Below are positions 8,125 to 17,806 of a DNA stretch of 38,078 nt, one piece after another. The DNA is from Candidatus Methylomirabilales bacterium. Lineage in GTDB: Bacteria > Methylomirabilota > Methylomirabilia > Methylomirabilales > 2-02-FULL-66-22. Position numbers and translations under genes: made by a program. The notes under the pieces were generated by a model. The model had not been told where the DNA came from and did no database searches. It saw nothing but the letters and a program-made list of their open reading frames with translations. The DNA is taken from assembly GCA_044451055.1 (NCBI GenBank), contig JBIOJT010000003.1, forward strand, positions 1-38,078, read 5' to 3'. Position 1 is the first letter of the stretch. Each line of letters starts with the position of its first letter.

Positions 8125-8937
8125 CTAGACCGCGGGCGTCCGGATCGAGACGTCACTGGCGATGACCCGGCGAAGCTCTCCACGCTCCTCCCGGACGAGG
8201 AGCGCCCCGTCAGCGTCCAGATCAACCGCGAGACCCTGCCACCGCTCCTCATCAGCGAGCACATCCACCGGCCGCCCCAGCGTGGCGCTTCGTTCCCGGC
8301 CGGCCGCGAGGATTGCCTCGATCTGTCTCTCGCGGAAGATCTGGTACCACCGGTCCAGGCCGTTGTAGACTGCCGCTGCCAATTCCCCTCGTGGGATGGT
8401 GCTGCCGGTCGCGAGGTAGAGTGAGGTCGCCGCCGGAAACAGCTCTTCCGGAAGGTCCTGCGGGCCGTGGTTGACGTTGATCCCGATGCCGATCACGATG
8501 TGGCCCACCTGCCCGCCGGCACTCGCCATCTCGGCCAGGATGCCTGCAACCTTGCGGCCCTCGACTAACACGTCGTTGGGCCACTTCAGGCGGGTTGCCA
8601 CGCCGGCAATCTCCTCGATCGCCTCGGCCACGCCGAGGCCGGCGACCAACGTGAGCAGCGGTACCCTGGCCGGTGATAGCTGGGGTCGCAGCAGGACCGA
8701 GGTGTACAAGCCGACGCCAGCCGGCGAGGCCCACGAGCGTCCACGGCGGCCTCGCCCGGCCGTCTGCCGATCCGCAAGGATTGCCAAGCCCTCGGCCCTC
8801 CCAGCGCGACCGGCCCCCATGACCGCATCATTCGTGGAGCCGATCTCCGCCACCACCTCCAGCGGCCGACCGATGACCCGCGTGCGAAGGGCTGCCTCGA
8901 TGACCGCTGGCGAGATATCCGCCGGTATGATTGCCAT
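8125..8937 (-). CDS. birA: Biotin-protein ligase (no N-terminal HTH)
   Basis: STND, QTAGRGRRGRSW, KWPND, KVAGIL, GIGIN. Confidence 0.95.
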   Translation of the reverse strand: MAIIPADISPAVIEAALRTRVIGRPLEVVAEIGSTNDAVMGAGRAGRAEGLAILADRQTAGRGRRGRSWASPAGVGLYTSVLLRPQLSPARVPLLTLVAGLGVAEAIEEIAGVATRLKWPNDVLVEGRKVAGILAEMASAGGQVGHIVIGIGINVNHGPQDLPEELFPAATSLYLATGSTIPRGELAAAVYNGLDRWYQIFRERQIEAILAAGRERSATLGRPVDVLADEERWQGLAVDLDADGALLVREERGELRRVIASDVSIRTPAV

Positions 8938-8952
8938 TCCTCTGGCCGAAAA

Positions 8953-9030
8953 GCGTTCGGGAGTTCGGTGGTTCGGGTGTTCGGCTGTTCTCGGTACGCC
9001 CGAACTCCCGAACCGTCGAACAGCGAACGC
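8953..9030. repeat. Palindromic 8-bp-unit intergenic element, copy 3
   Basis: GC GTTCGGGA GTTCGGTG GTTCGGGT GTTCGGCT GTTCTCGG TAC GCCCGAAC TCCCGAAC CGTCGAAC AGCGAAC GC. Confidence 0.9.
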
Positions 9031-9033
9031 CTT

Positions 9034-11841
9034 TCAGTGCTTCAGGTACGCTCCGATCCGTTCCAGGCTTTCCCGGAGCTTCACATGCGCGTCCTGCAGT
9101 TCCACCTGGATGGCCCGTTGCTGGCTCACGACGGCCGCCGGCGCCTTCCCCAGGAAGTCTTGGTTGGCCAGCTTCCGGTTGACCCGATCCAGCGCCTGCT
9201 CCACCTTGACCAGCTCCCGGTCTAGCCGCTCCCGTTCCTCGGAAAGATCGATCAGATCCTCCAGGGGCACGTGCGCCTCGATGCCCTGGACCACGGCCGT
9301 GGCCGCGACAGCAGGCCGGGCCACGTCCTGCCCCCACGTGAGATGTGACAGCCTCGCCTGGCTGGCCAGGTATCCCTGACAGGCCTCCAGGAGTTGGTCC
9401 TGGGTCGGGTTGAACGTGCGCAGGGTGAGGGGCAACCGCTTCGCCGGCGGGATGTTGTAGTTCGACCGGATGTTCCGCACCTCGCGGGTAATCTCCATGA
9501 GGGTGGCCATGGTCTCCACTGCCTCGGGCCAGTGGAGGGCGCCATCCGCCTGGGGCCAGGGCGCCCGCATGATGCTCTCGCCCTCGTGCGGCAGGCGCTG
9601 CCAGATCTCCTCCGTGATGAACGGCATGACCGGGTGCAGCAGTCGGAGAGACTGCTCCAGGACGTGGATGAGGAGGACCCGCCCGGTCCGCTGGGTCGCC
9701 GGATCCTCCGGCGCGGCCAGCCGGTCCTTCACGATCTCGAGATACCAGTCACAGTACTCGTGCCACAGGAACTGGTACAGGATGGAGGCCGCGTCGTTGA
9801 ACCGATAGGCCGTGAGCGCGTCAGTCACGCCCTGGGTCACCTCGGTCAGGCGGCTGAGGATCCAGCGGTCTGGCAGCGTCAGCGGAAGATCCGCCAGACG
9901 AGCCCGCCGGACTTCGTCCTCGTCGAGATGGCCGGCCACGAAGCGGTAGGCGTTCCAGATCTTGTTGCAGAAAAACCGGTAGCCCTCGATCCGCTTCACC
10001 GAGAGCTTCACGTCGCTCCCCTGGCTCGCCAGGGCGGCCAGCGTGAACCGAAGCGCGTCCGCCCCGAAGGCCGGGAACCCGTCTGGGAACTGGCGCCGGA
10101 TCCCCTCCAGGGCGCCGGGCGGCGCCCCGCCGCTCTTTGCGGCCGACAGCAGCTCGTCCAGGGTGGCCCCGTGGATCACGTGCAGTGGATCGATGACATT
10201 GCCCCGGGTCTTGGACATCTTCTCGCCCTGCTCATCCCGGATCAGGCCATGGATGTACACCTCCCGGAATGGGACGTCCCCCATGAAGCGCAGCCCCATC
10301 ATGATCATCCGGGCGACCCAGAAGAACAGGATGTCGAAGCCCGTCACCAGGCACGCGGTGGGATAGTAGACGCGGAGTTCTTGCGTCCGCTCCGGCCAGC
10401 CCAGGGTCGAGAAGGGCCACAGGGCCGAGCTGAACCAGGTATCCAGGACGTCGGTCTCCTGTCGCAGCGCGCCGCCGCATCGCGGACAGGCCGCGGGCGC
10501 CGTCCGCGATACGATGACCTCTCCACACGGATCGCAATACCAGGCGGGGATCCTGTGCCCCCACCAGATCTGCCGGGACACGCACCAGTCCCGGATGTTC
10601 CGCATCCACTCGTAGTAGGTCTTTCCCCATTGCGAGGGAATGATCCGGATCCGCCCCTCCTCCACCGCGCGGATGGCCGGCTCGGCCAGCGGCCGCATGC
10701 GGACGAACCACTGTCGCGAAAGGGTCGGCTCCACCACCGTCTGGCACCGATAGCAGTGGCCGACGGCATGGCGATGGTCCTCAATCTTTGTGAGGAGGCC
10801 GTCCCGCTGGAGGTCCTTCACCACCTGCTCGCGACAGGCGAACCGGTCCATGCCCTGGTAGCGCCCGGCGTTTGCGTTCATGCGGCCATCATCCGCCATG
10901 ATCTTCACCTGGGGGAGATGGTGGCGGAGGCCGCATTCGAAGTCCTTGGGATCGTGGGCCGGCGTCACCTTCACCGTCCCGGTGCCGAAGGCCCGATCCA
11001 CGTAGGCGTCGGCAATGATGGGTATCTCCCGATTCATGAGAGGAAGAATGACGGTCTTGCCCACCAGGTCCCGGTAGCGCTCGTCGTCGGGATGCACCGC
11101 GACGGCCGTATCCCCCAACATGGTCTCGGGCCGCGTCGTGGCCACCACCACCCCGCCTGTGCCCGAGGACAGGGGGTACCGGATGTGCCAGAGCTTCCCC
11201 TCCCGCTCCTGGTATTCCACCTCCAGGTCCGAGAGCGCCGTCTGGCAGCGGGGACACGAGTTGATGATGTAGTCGCCCCGGTACGTGAGCCCCGCCTCGT
11301 ACAGCTGGCAGAAGACCTCCTTCACCGCCTCGGACAGGCCCGGGTCCATGGTGAACCGTTCCCGGCGCCAGTCGCACGAAGCGCCCAGAGTCTTCAGCTG
11401 GCGGATGATGGTGCCACCGGAGGCTTCCTTCCAGCGCCAGACGCGCTGGATGAAGGCCTCCCGGCCAATCTGGTCCCGGCTGGAGCCCTCCTGGGCCAGT
11501 TGCCGCTCCACGACGTTCTGGGTCGCGATCCCGGCATGATCGGTCCCCGGCATCCAGAGGGTGTTGTCCCCCTGCATCCGGTGCCAGCGGATCAGGATGT
11601 CCTGGAGGGTATTGTTCAGGGCATGCCCCATGTGAAGGGAGCCCGTCACGTTCGGCGGGGGGATCACGATGCTGTACGGCTGGGACGGCGAGGTCTCATC
11701 CGCGTAGAACAGGCCCCGCTCCTCCCAGAACCGATACCAGCGCTCCTCCACGCCACGGGGATCGTAGCCCTGTTTCGGCGAGGCTCCCGCCTCGGATGGT
11801 CCCGAACGCTGAGAGCCATCTGTTTCGTGAACGTCGGTCAT
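9034..11841 (-). CDS. valS: Valine--tRNA ligase
   Basis: PPPNVTGSLHMGH, TTRPETM, SRQIWWGH, DVLDTWFSS, KMSK and a C-terminal coiled coil. Start set at ATG 11841 (GGAG RBS). Confidence 0.97.
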   Translation of the reverse strand: MTDVHETDGSQRSGPSEAGASPKQGYDPRGVEERWYRFWEERGLFYADETSPSQPYSIVIPPPNVTGSLHMGHALNNTLQDILIRWHRMQGDNTLWMPGTDHAGIATQNVVERQLAQEGSSRDQIGREAFIQRVWRWKEASGGTIIRQLKTLGASCDWRRERFTMDPGLSEAVKEVFCQLYEAGLTYRGDYIINSCPRCQTALSDLEVEYQEREGKLWHIRYPLSSGTGGVVVATTRPETMLGDTAVAVHPDDERYRDLVGKTVILPLMNREIPIIADAYVDRAFGTGTVKVTPAHDPKDFECGLRHHLPQVKIMADDGRMNANAGRYQGMDRFACREQVVKDLQRDGLLTKIEDHRHAVGHCYRCQTVVEPTLSRQWFVRMRPLAEPAIRAVEEGRIRIIPSQWGKTYYEWMRNIRDWCVSRQIWWGHRIPAWYCDPCGEVIVSRTAPAACPRCGGALRQETDVLDTWFSSALWPFSTLGWPERTQELRVYYPTACLVTGFDILFFWVARMIMMGLRFMGDVPFREVYIHGLIRDEQGEKMSKTRGNVIDPLHVIHGATLDELLSAAKSGGAPPGALEGIRRQFPDGFPAFGADALRFTLAALASQGSDVKLSVKRIEGYRFFCNKIWNAYRFVAGHLDEDEVRRARLADLPLTLPDRWILSRLTEVTQGVTDALTAYRFNDAASILYQFLWHEYCDWYLEIVKDRLAAPEDPATQRTGRVLLIHVLEQSLRLLHPVMPFITEEIWQRLPHEGESIMRAPWPQADGALHWPEAVETMATLMEITREVRNIRSNYNIPPAKRLPLTLRTFNPTQDQLLEACQGYLASQARLSHLTWGQDVARPAVAATAVVQGIEAHVPLEDLIDLSEERERLDRELVKVEQALDRVNRKLANQDFLGKAPAAVVSQQRAIQVELQDAHVKLRESLERIGAYLKH

Positions 11842-11920
11842 CCCGTACTCCGAAGTGAAACGGGGACGCCGCCCCCGCAGCGAGGGCGGCATCCCCGTGG
11901 CACGATAAAATGGGCCCAAC

Positions 11921-13909
11921 TCAGGAGGACTGTTTGCCTTCCGCCTGCAACCGGATCCTCTCAATCTCCTTGCTGATCAGGATCTCGGCCAGATCCGGGA
12001 CCACCTCCCACACAATCCGCTCGATGCGCCCGAGCAACTTATCACTGAGATCGCGCGCCAGTTCGTGCGCCACCCGCTCCGTGACTTCCTGGCGCATTGC
12101 GGCCATCTCGGGCAGGAGCGCCTCCGCGCCGCCAGGTCCCGGCGTTGCCGCAACGACCGGGGGCACTGCTGCCATTGTGGGCATCCTGGGCACGATCGGC
12201 GGGGCCGCGGTAATCTCCGGTGACGCGTCCGCCGCAGTTGGAACTTCCGCCAACCCGGCCCCCGCCCCCATTGCAGGACCAGAAGGCGGCACCACCGCAG
12301 GTGGCACCGGCGCCTCCCCTCCTGCCAGGGTAGCCTCGAGGTCGACTCTTTCCTCTGCTGTTAAACGAACCTCGGCCAGTTCCCCGAGGTCCAGGAGAAG
12401 CTCCGCAGTCGGGGCTGGCTCCGTTGCCGGCGCCTCTTCTGCTGACGGGCCAGAAATCGGCTCGAGCTCTAGCTCATGAAGTCCCATCATGCCGGCCCCG
12501 GTTGGAGCGGTCTCCTCCGTGGGCAGGAAATCCTCAACGCTCAGGGCAAGCGACTCTTCCGCTCCCACCTCGAGCGGGCGTGGAAGGGGCGGCTCCTGCG
12601 CGCTCGTCAGGTCGAGGACCGGCTCGCCCGCCAGTTCCTCCGGCGCTGTCTCCGGGCCCGGTGCGGAAGGCTCCAAGGCACCGACCTCAGCCGGAGGGGG
12701 CGGAGCGGACTCCGCCGAGGCCAGGAGATCCTCGATGGAGAGTGCCGGCGGCTCCCCGGTCCCGACCTCGACCAATGGCAACGAGGGGCCTCCCATCTCG
12801 CTCGTCAGGTCGAAGACCGGCCCCCCGGGGAACTCCTCCAGCGGCGCGAGTGCGGCCTCGGGTGCCAGAGGGGCAGCGGTCGGTTCCGCCGACAACAGCT
12901 CTTCCAGGGACAGGCTCTCGGGAAGCGCCCCCGCTTTCTCCTCCGGGGTCGGCGCCCTCTTCTTCTCTTGAACCGGCTCGGGCGCGAGCGACGGCATGTC
13001 CAACGACAGCTCCTCCGAGACGGGGGCCGGACCGGATGCCCCCTTTCCCGACTCCAAGTGCGCATCCCCCGGCCGACCAGGCGCCTCCGCCAGGGGCAGC
13101 GTGCTCAGGTCCGCGAGGATAAACTCACCGAATCCACCCGGCGCAGGCGAAGGGGGAACGCTCGGTGGCGGTTCCACCACGCGCCGCACGCGATCCTGCG
13201 AGATCTCTTCCGACGGCGGGGAGAGATCGAGTGTCCGTCCCGTCTTTGGAGGCACGATGGGTGGAGGCGGCGCCAGCTTTGCTGGCACCGGTCTTTCCGG
13301 AGGGATGGCCGCCATCGTCGGGCTCGGACCCGGCGGCACCGCCTGCACTGGCGCCGGCGGTACCGCTGGCTGGGGCGGCACTCTTCCCGCGCTGAGCGGC
13401 GGCGTCGTTGGAGCCGGAGACGGCGGGGCCACACCGCGGGGACCCGGACCCGGCGGGATGCCGGGCCGAGATGGTGCGGCGGGCGCGGGACGGGGCGCCT
13501 CTTTGGGCGGGGCGGCCTTGCTCGGCGCCATGTCCACCGTCTTGGCGAAGAGCAGTTGCTTGACCTTGCTGATCAGTACCTGGGACTCGAACGGCTTGGT
13601 CACGAAATCGTTCGCGCCGGCCTGGATTCCCTTGTCCTTGTCGAACGCCTCGAACGTCCCGGTGAGGAGGATGATGGGCACCGCGCGCAGCGTTGCTTCC
13701 GCCCGCAGCGCGGCGCAGACCTCGTAGCCGTTCTTGTCCGGCATGACCAAGTCCAGGAGCACCAGGTCGGGTCGCTCCTCCTTCGCTTTGCGGAGGGCCT
13801 CCTCGCCGCTCCGCGCCTGGACGAGGACGAAATCCTCCTTGCTGAAGGTCAACTCCACGACCTTCTGGATCGTCACGCTGTCATCCGCCACCAGAATCCG
13901 AGCGGCCAT
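11921..13909 (-). CDS. romR: RomR-like response regulator (receiver, Pro/Glu-rich linker, conserved C-terminal helix)
   Basis: N-terminal REC (ADDS, LLDLVMP, TKPF), long low-complexity linker, C-terminal IERIVWEVVPDLAEILISKEIERI matching the RomR-C pattern. Lies between a cheW-like gene and valS. Confidence 0.8.
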   Translation of the reverse strand: MAARILVADDSVTIQKVVELTFSKEDFVLVQARSGEEALRKAKEERPDLVLLDLVMPDKNGYEVCAALRAEATLRAVPIILLTGTFEAFDKDKGIQAGANDFVTKPFESQVLISKVKQLLFAKTVDMAPSKAAPPKEAPRPAPAAPSRPGIPPGPGPRGVAPPSPAPTTPPLSAGRVPPQPAVPPAPVQAVPPGPSPTMAAIPPERPVPAKLAPPPPIVPPKTGRTLDLSPPSEEISQDRVRRVVEPPPSVPPSPAPGGFGEFILADLSTLPLAEAPGRPGDAHLESGKGASGPAPVSEELSLDMPSLAPEPVQEKKRAPTPEEKAGALPESLSLEELLSAEPTAAPLAPEAALAPLEEFPGGPVFDLTSEMGGPSLPLVEVGTGEPPALSIEDLLASAESAPPPPAEVGALEPSAPGPETAPEELAGEPVLDLTSAQEPPLPRPLEVGAEESLALSVEDFLPTEETAPTGAGMMGLHELELEPISGPSAEEAPATEPAPTAELLLDLGELAEVRLTAEERVDLEATLAGGEAPVPPAVVPPSGPAMGAGAGLAEVPTAADASPEITAAPPIVPRMPTMAAVPPVVAATPGPGGAEALLPEMAAMRQEVTERVAHELARDLSDKLLGRIERIVWEVVPDLAEILISKEIERIRLQAEGKQSS

Positions 13910-13990
13910 GCGATCCTCCTCGGCGAAGGCGCCCCACGCCTCTGACTCGGCGCCTCACGTGCCCTGCCCCGGGCCGGCACGCGTCCCTGG

Positions 13991-14476
13991 CTACGCGAGC
14001 AATCTGATGGGCTCCGCCGACGTCAAGAGCTTCGTCTCATCCAGCCACACGACGGGTCGCCCACCGGCATTCGCCACGCCCCGGATGAACTCCGACCGGA
14101 TGCCGAAGACCCGGGGCGGCGGCGGCAGCACCTTATCCGCCGGCAATGACAATACGCGCACCACCTGGTCCACCATCAGCCCTACCACGGGATCCTGCCC
14201 AATCCCGGCGAGAAGCAGAATGGCCGGATTCTCGGGATCCGGCTCTTCCACTCCCAGCCGCTTGCGCAGGCTCAGCAGGGGAAGGTAGCGCCCCTTGTGC
14301 TGGATGATCCCTTCGACATACGGGGGGCGCCGAGGCGTCCGGGTGGGCGCCTGGTGGTCGAGAATGTGCTGGACCCGGTCCAACTCCACGGCGAACTGCT
14401 TGCCGGTCAGGAGGAACATGAGGACGGACGCCTCGTCGAGCGTCACGCCCGAAGTGACGGTTTCCGTCTGTGCCAT
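13991..14476 (-). CDS. CheW-like domain protein
   Basis: LMFLL..KQFAV, PPYVEGII, GLMVDQVVRV, FIRGV. Start at ATG 14476 or GTG 14509. Confidence 0.85.
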   Translation of the reverse strand: MAQTETVTSGVTLDEASVLMFLLTGKQFAVELDRVQHILDHQAPTRTPRRPPYVEGIIQHKGRYLPLLSLRKRLGVEEPDPENPAILLLAGIGQDPVVGLMVDQVVRVLSLPADKVLPPPPRVFGIRSEFIRGVANAGGRPVVWLDETKLLTSAEPIRLLA

Positions 14477-14505
14477 GGCATGTGTCCCGACCGGGTGAGC
14501 CACGC

Positions 14506-15015
14506 TCAAGCGCCGGTCGCATTGAACTGGACCACCTCGTCTAACGCGCCCAGACCGTCCTCGTTGACGAGGAGGACGATGCGGTCTTGCCGGGTGAACA
14601 GTCCCCGGAAGCAGGAGGGATCCAGGAGGGTCGCCAGGGCCGGGAGCGGCCCGATACGCGCCGGGTCCACCTCGGCCATTTCCAGGACCTCATCCACCAG
14701 GAGTCCGAGAGGGCGTGCCTGCCCCTGCGTCAAGAGCACACGCGCCGTCGGAAGGATTCCCGACGGGGATCCCTCGAATAGCGCTCTCAAGCGGATGACG
14801 GGAACTCTGCGACCGCGATGCTCGAGCGCAACGCACACGTGGTAGGGGGGAGAGGGCAGGAGCGTCACTCCGTCGGACAGCAACACTTCCCGCAGCCCCC
14901 GGAGTCCCATGCCGTAGGTTTCTTCGCCGACGCGGAACAGGAGGAATTTCTCCTGCGCCGTGGGACCCTTTTCCCGGGTGCGGGTCTGTCGCTTCGTCGG
15001 CGCGAGACGTTCCAA
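14506..15015 (-). CDS. CheW-like domain protein
   Basis: FLLFRVGEETYG, VPVIRL, GLLVDEVLEM, FRGL. TTG 15015 follows AAAGGGG; ATG 15060 is an alternative. Confidence 0.8.
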   Translation of the reverse strand: MERLAPTKRQTRTREKGPTAQEKFLLFRVGEETYGMGLRGLREVLLSDGVTLLPSPPYHVCVALEHRGRRVPVIRLRALFEGSPSGILPTARVLLTQGQARPLGLLVDEVLEMAEVDPARIGPLPALATLLDPSCFRGLFTRQDRIVLLVNEDGLGALDEVVQFNATGA

Positions 15016-15064
15016 GCATTCCCCTTTCGCTGTCGTCGGTCCTCCTCGGTGCGAATGCATGGCC

Positions 15065-15093
15065 ACAATAGCCACCGCCTCCAGGAATGTCAA
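15065..15093 (-). promoter_or_regulatory. sigma70-type promoter for cheW-cheW-romR
   Basis: TTGACA-17 bp-TATTGT. Confidence 0.65.
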
Positions 15094-15186
15094 GCCCTTT
15101 CCCCCTCGTGGCGCCTCCTGCCAGCCCCCGTAACCTCGCGCCGGCAACGACTGCGCGGCTTCGGACCATCGTCGCATCCTTCCCGC

Positions 15187-15215
15187 TTGACACCCTTCCC
15201 CCACTGGCGGTATGC
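15187..15215 (+). promoter_or_regulatory. Possible divergent promoter for the oxidoreductase
   Basis: TTGACA-17 bp-TATGCA (weak -10). Confidence 0.4.
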
Positions 15216-15377
15216 ATGATCGCTCCCCTCTGCTTCTCGTCCGCTTCTCGAGGGCTGTGTCATGCGAACCGACACCCGACCTACCCTTTCTGGCTGAGCA
15301 GGGCCCCGGGGCTCACCGGCATGGCACGGCCGAACTCCGGCCCGACGTGCGGGTGCCCCCAGCAAGGAGATCATCCC

Positions 15378-16544
15378 ATGGAGACCATCGGCATCGGTTT
15401 CATTGGATCGCGGTTCGCCGCCGACTTGCACGCCCACGCCCTGAGCAGGATTCGCGGCAGCAAGTGCGAAATCGTGGCAGTCTGCTCCAAGACGAAAGAG
15501 AGCGCAGAGGCCTTTGCCAGGAAGTTCAACGTCCCGCACGTCTACACCGACCATCACGCCCTCATGGAGCGGAAGGACATCCAGCTCGTCACGCTCCCCG
15601 TGGTGACGAGTCTCCACCACACGCTGGCCGTCGATGCCGCCAACGCCGGCAAGCATCTCATCATGGAGAAGCCGCTGACCGGCTGCTTCGTGGAGGCGAA
15701 TGCGCTGTCGCGCCAGGCCATGTTCGACGAGACCATGAAGAACGCCGATGCGGTGGTCGAGGCCTGCCGACGGAACCGGGTGATCATGGGATACGCCGAG
15801 AACTTCGTCTACGCGCCCCCGGTGGCCAAATTGCGGCGCCTGATGGATGCCAGCGGCGGGACGCTCCTCGACCTCAGGGCCGAAGAGAGCCACTCGGGCT
15901 CGCACGCCTCGTACTCCCGGCGGTGGGCCACTGCCGGCGGCGGCTCCATGCTGCGCATGGGGTCCCACCCCATCGGAGCGGTCATCCACCTGAAGCACTA
16001 TGAGGGGCTGAAGAAGTTCGGGAGGCCGACCCGGGTGAAATCGGTGATCGCGGACGTGGCCCAGTTGACCAAAATCGAGGCCGTCCGGAACGCGCCCCGC
16101 AAATGGCTGGTGACCGAGTGGGAGGATGTGGAGGATTGGTCGGCCGCGATCCTGACCTTCGAGGACGGGACCAAGGCGACGGTCATGTCCACCGACGTCA
16201 GCCTGGGCGGCGTAAAGAACCTGGTGACCGCGTATCTCTCCAACAGCGTGGTCCAGGTGAACATCAACCCCAACACCAGCGTGGTAGTCTACGCCCCGGA
16301 CGGCCAGGTCTGGGGCGACGAGTACCTCACCGAGAAGGTGGAGACGAAGGGCGGCTGGCAGTTCCCCAGCCCGGACGAGGACTGGATGCGCGGCTACCCC
16401 CAGGAGATGGAGGACTTCGTGGACGCCGTCCGGGAGGGCCGCGAGCCGCTATCTGGAGCCCTGCTGGCCCACGAGACGGTTGAGGTGATTTACGCCGCGT
16501 ACGTCTCGGCCCAGGAAGGACGAAGGGTTGCACTCAAGCGATAA
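15378..16544 (+). CDS. Gfo/Idh/MocA family oxidoreductase
   Basis: IGIGFIGS, AGKHLIMEKPL, GGGSMLRMGSH, VEDWS. AAGGAG RBS before ATG 15378. Confidence 0.92.
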   Translation: METIGIGFIGSRFAADLHAHALSRIRGSKCEIVAVCSKTKESAEAFARKFNVPHVYTDHHALMERKDIQLVTLPVVTSLHHTLAVDAANAGKHLIMEKPLTGCFVEANALSRQAMFDETMKNADAVVEACRRNRVIMGYAENFVYAPPVAKLRRLMDASGGTLLDLRAEESHSGSHASYSRRWATAGGGSMLRMGSHPIGAVIHLKHYEGLKKFGRPTRVKSVIADVAQLTKIEAVRNAPRKWLVTEWEDVEDWSAAILTFEDGTKATVMSTDVSLGGVKNLVTAYLSNSVVQVNINPNTSVVVYAPDGQVWGDEYLTEKVETKGGWQFPSPDEDWMRGYPQEMEDFVDAVREGREPLSGALLAHETVEVIYAAYVSAQEGRRVALKR

Positions 16545-16586
16545 TCCGGAAGAGGTTACAAGAATCATGCGTTTCGGACTTCCCCA

Positions 16587-16615
16587 TTGACAGGCGGACG
16601 CCACCCAGTTATCAA
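16587..16615 (+). promoter_or_regulatory. Possible promoter for the TRAP genes
   Basis: TTGACA-17 bp-TATCAA. Confidence 0.5.
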
Positions 16616-16717
16616 GGCACAGTCGAGAAGCACAAGCTCCACCTGCAGGCTGATGAGTGTCACAGCATCCGCGCTCGTCCGATTTCATCATCAATAACTA
16701 TCTGAGGAGGTTTCGCC

Positions 16718-17725
16718 ATGAGGAGAATCGCAACAGTCCTGCTGGGCGTGCTGATCGGTCTCGGCGCGATCGGTCTCGTACTGGGGACGGCCGAGGCCCA
16801 GGAGATGAAGATCACCGCGAAGATTGCCGACATCCTTTCCCCGGACCACCCCCACTCCACGACCATGCAATTCTTCGCCGAGAAGGTGAAGGAGCGGACC
16901 AAGGGCCGGGTGGAGTTCCAGGTGTTCCACAGCGCCCAGCTCGGGCAGACCAAGGACCTGTTCATGGGTGTGCAGACCGGCAGCATCGAGATGGCCAAGA
17001 TGCCGGCCTCCTTCGCCGGCGAGTGGATTCCCGAGGAGAAGGTCTTCGACCTACCCTACCTGTTCAACAGCCGGGACGAGCTGTGGCGGGTCATCCGCAG
17101 CAACGTGGGCAAGAAGTTCGTGAACGAGATCTTCCCAAAGCAGGGGCTCGTGGGGGTGTTCTGGGTGGATGACGGCGGCCGGAGCATCTATGCCAACAAG
17201 CCGGTGCGAAAGCCCGAGGACCTCAAGGGTATGAAGATCCGTGTCCAGCCCAGCGACATCCAGATCCAGGCCATCAACGAGATGGGGGGAATCGGCACCC
17301 CGCTGGCCTTCGGCGAGGTGTACCTGGCCCTGCAGCAGAAGGTCCTGGATGGGGCGGAGAACTCTCCGGTCCTCTATTGGACCTCCAAGCACTGGGAAGT
17401 CTCCAAGGTGTATTCGCTGACGGAGCAGTTCTGGTCGGTGAGCACGTTCATCGCCAACAAGAAGTGGTGGGACAACCTGCCCAAGGACGTGCAGACCGAA
17501 ATTGCGGCCGCCGGCCAGGACGCCGAGAAATTCTTCCTGGACGCCTACGTCTCGTTGGAGAACAGGGCCATCGGCATGCTGAAAGACAAGGGCGTCATGG
17601 TGGTCACGGATGTGGACAAGGTCACCTTCGAGAGGCGCATCCAGCCGGTGTACGACACCTTCGTGAAGAAGTATCCGTTCGGCAAGGAGCTGCTGGAGCA
17701 GGCCCGCGCGGCCAAGAAGAAGTAG
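16718..17725 (+). CDS. dctP: TRAP transporter substrate-binding protein (DctP family)
   Basis: Signal peptide ending AEA, then DLPYLF, DLKGMKIRV, EVYLALQQKVLDGAEN. GAGGAGG RBS. Confidence 0.94.
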   Translation: MRRIATVLLGVLIGLGAIGLVLGTAEAQEMKITAKIADILSPDHPHSTTMQFFAEKVKERTKGRVEFQVFHSAQLGQTKDLFMGVQTGSIEMAKMPASFAGEWIPEEKVFDLPYLFNSRDELWRVIRSNVGKKFVNEIFPKQGLVGVFWVDDGGRSIYANKPVRKPEDLKGMKIRVQPSDIQIQAINEMGGIGTPLAFGEVYLALQQKVLDGAENSPVLYWTSKHWEVSKVYSLTEQFWSVSTFIANKKWWDNLPKDVQTEIAAAGQDAEKFFLDAYVSLENRAIGMLKDKGVMVVTDVDKVTFERRIQPVYDTFVKKYPFGKELLEQARAAKKK

Positions 17726-17739
17726 GACGTACCTCCACT

Positions 17740-17782
17740 GGGGGAAGCGGTGGCGATCCACGAACTGCTTCCCCTTTTTTTT
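17740..17782 (+). terminator. Intrinsic terminator/attenuator between dctP and dctQ
   Basis: GGGGAAGCGG...CTGCTTCCCC followed by T8. Confidence 0.8.
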
Positions 17783-17806
17783 CGGTCTGCGTGTCGAGGG
17801 AAGACG

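Noticed and set aside
11842-11920. T-box leader for valS (and argS)
   Set aside because: The intergenic spaces are under 100 bp, with no T-box motif or terminator.
9394-11976. 860-aa plus-strand ORF and similar long shadow ORFs (780-1946, 12476-13945, 28377-30410)
   Set aside because: Antisense shadows of well-supported genes, expected in high-GC DNA.
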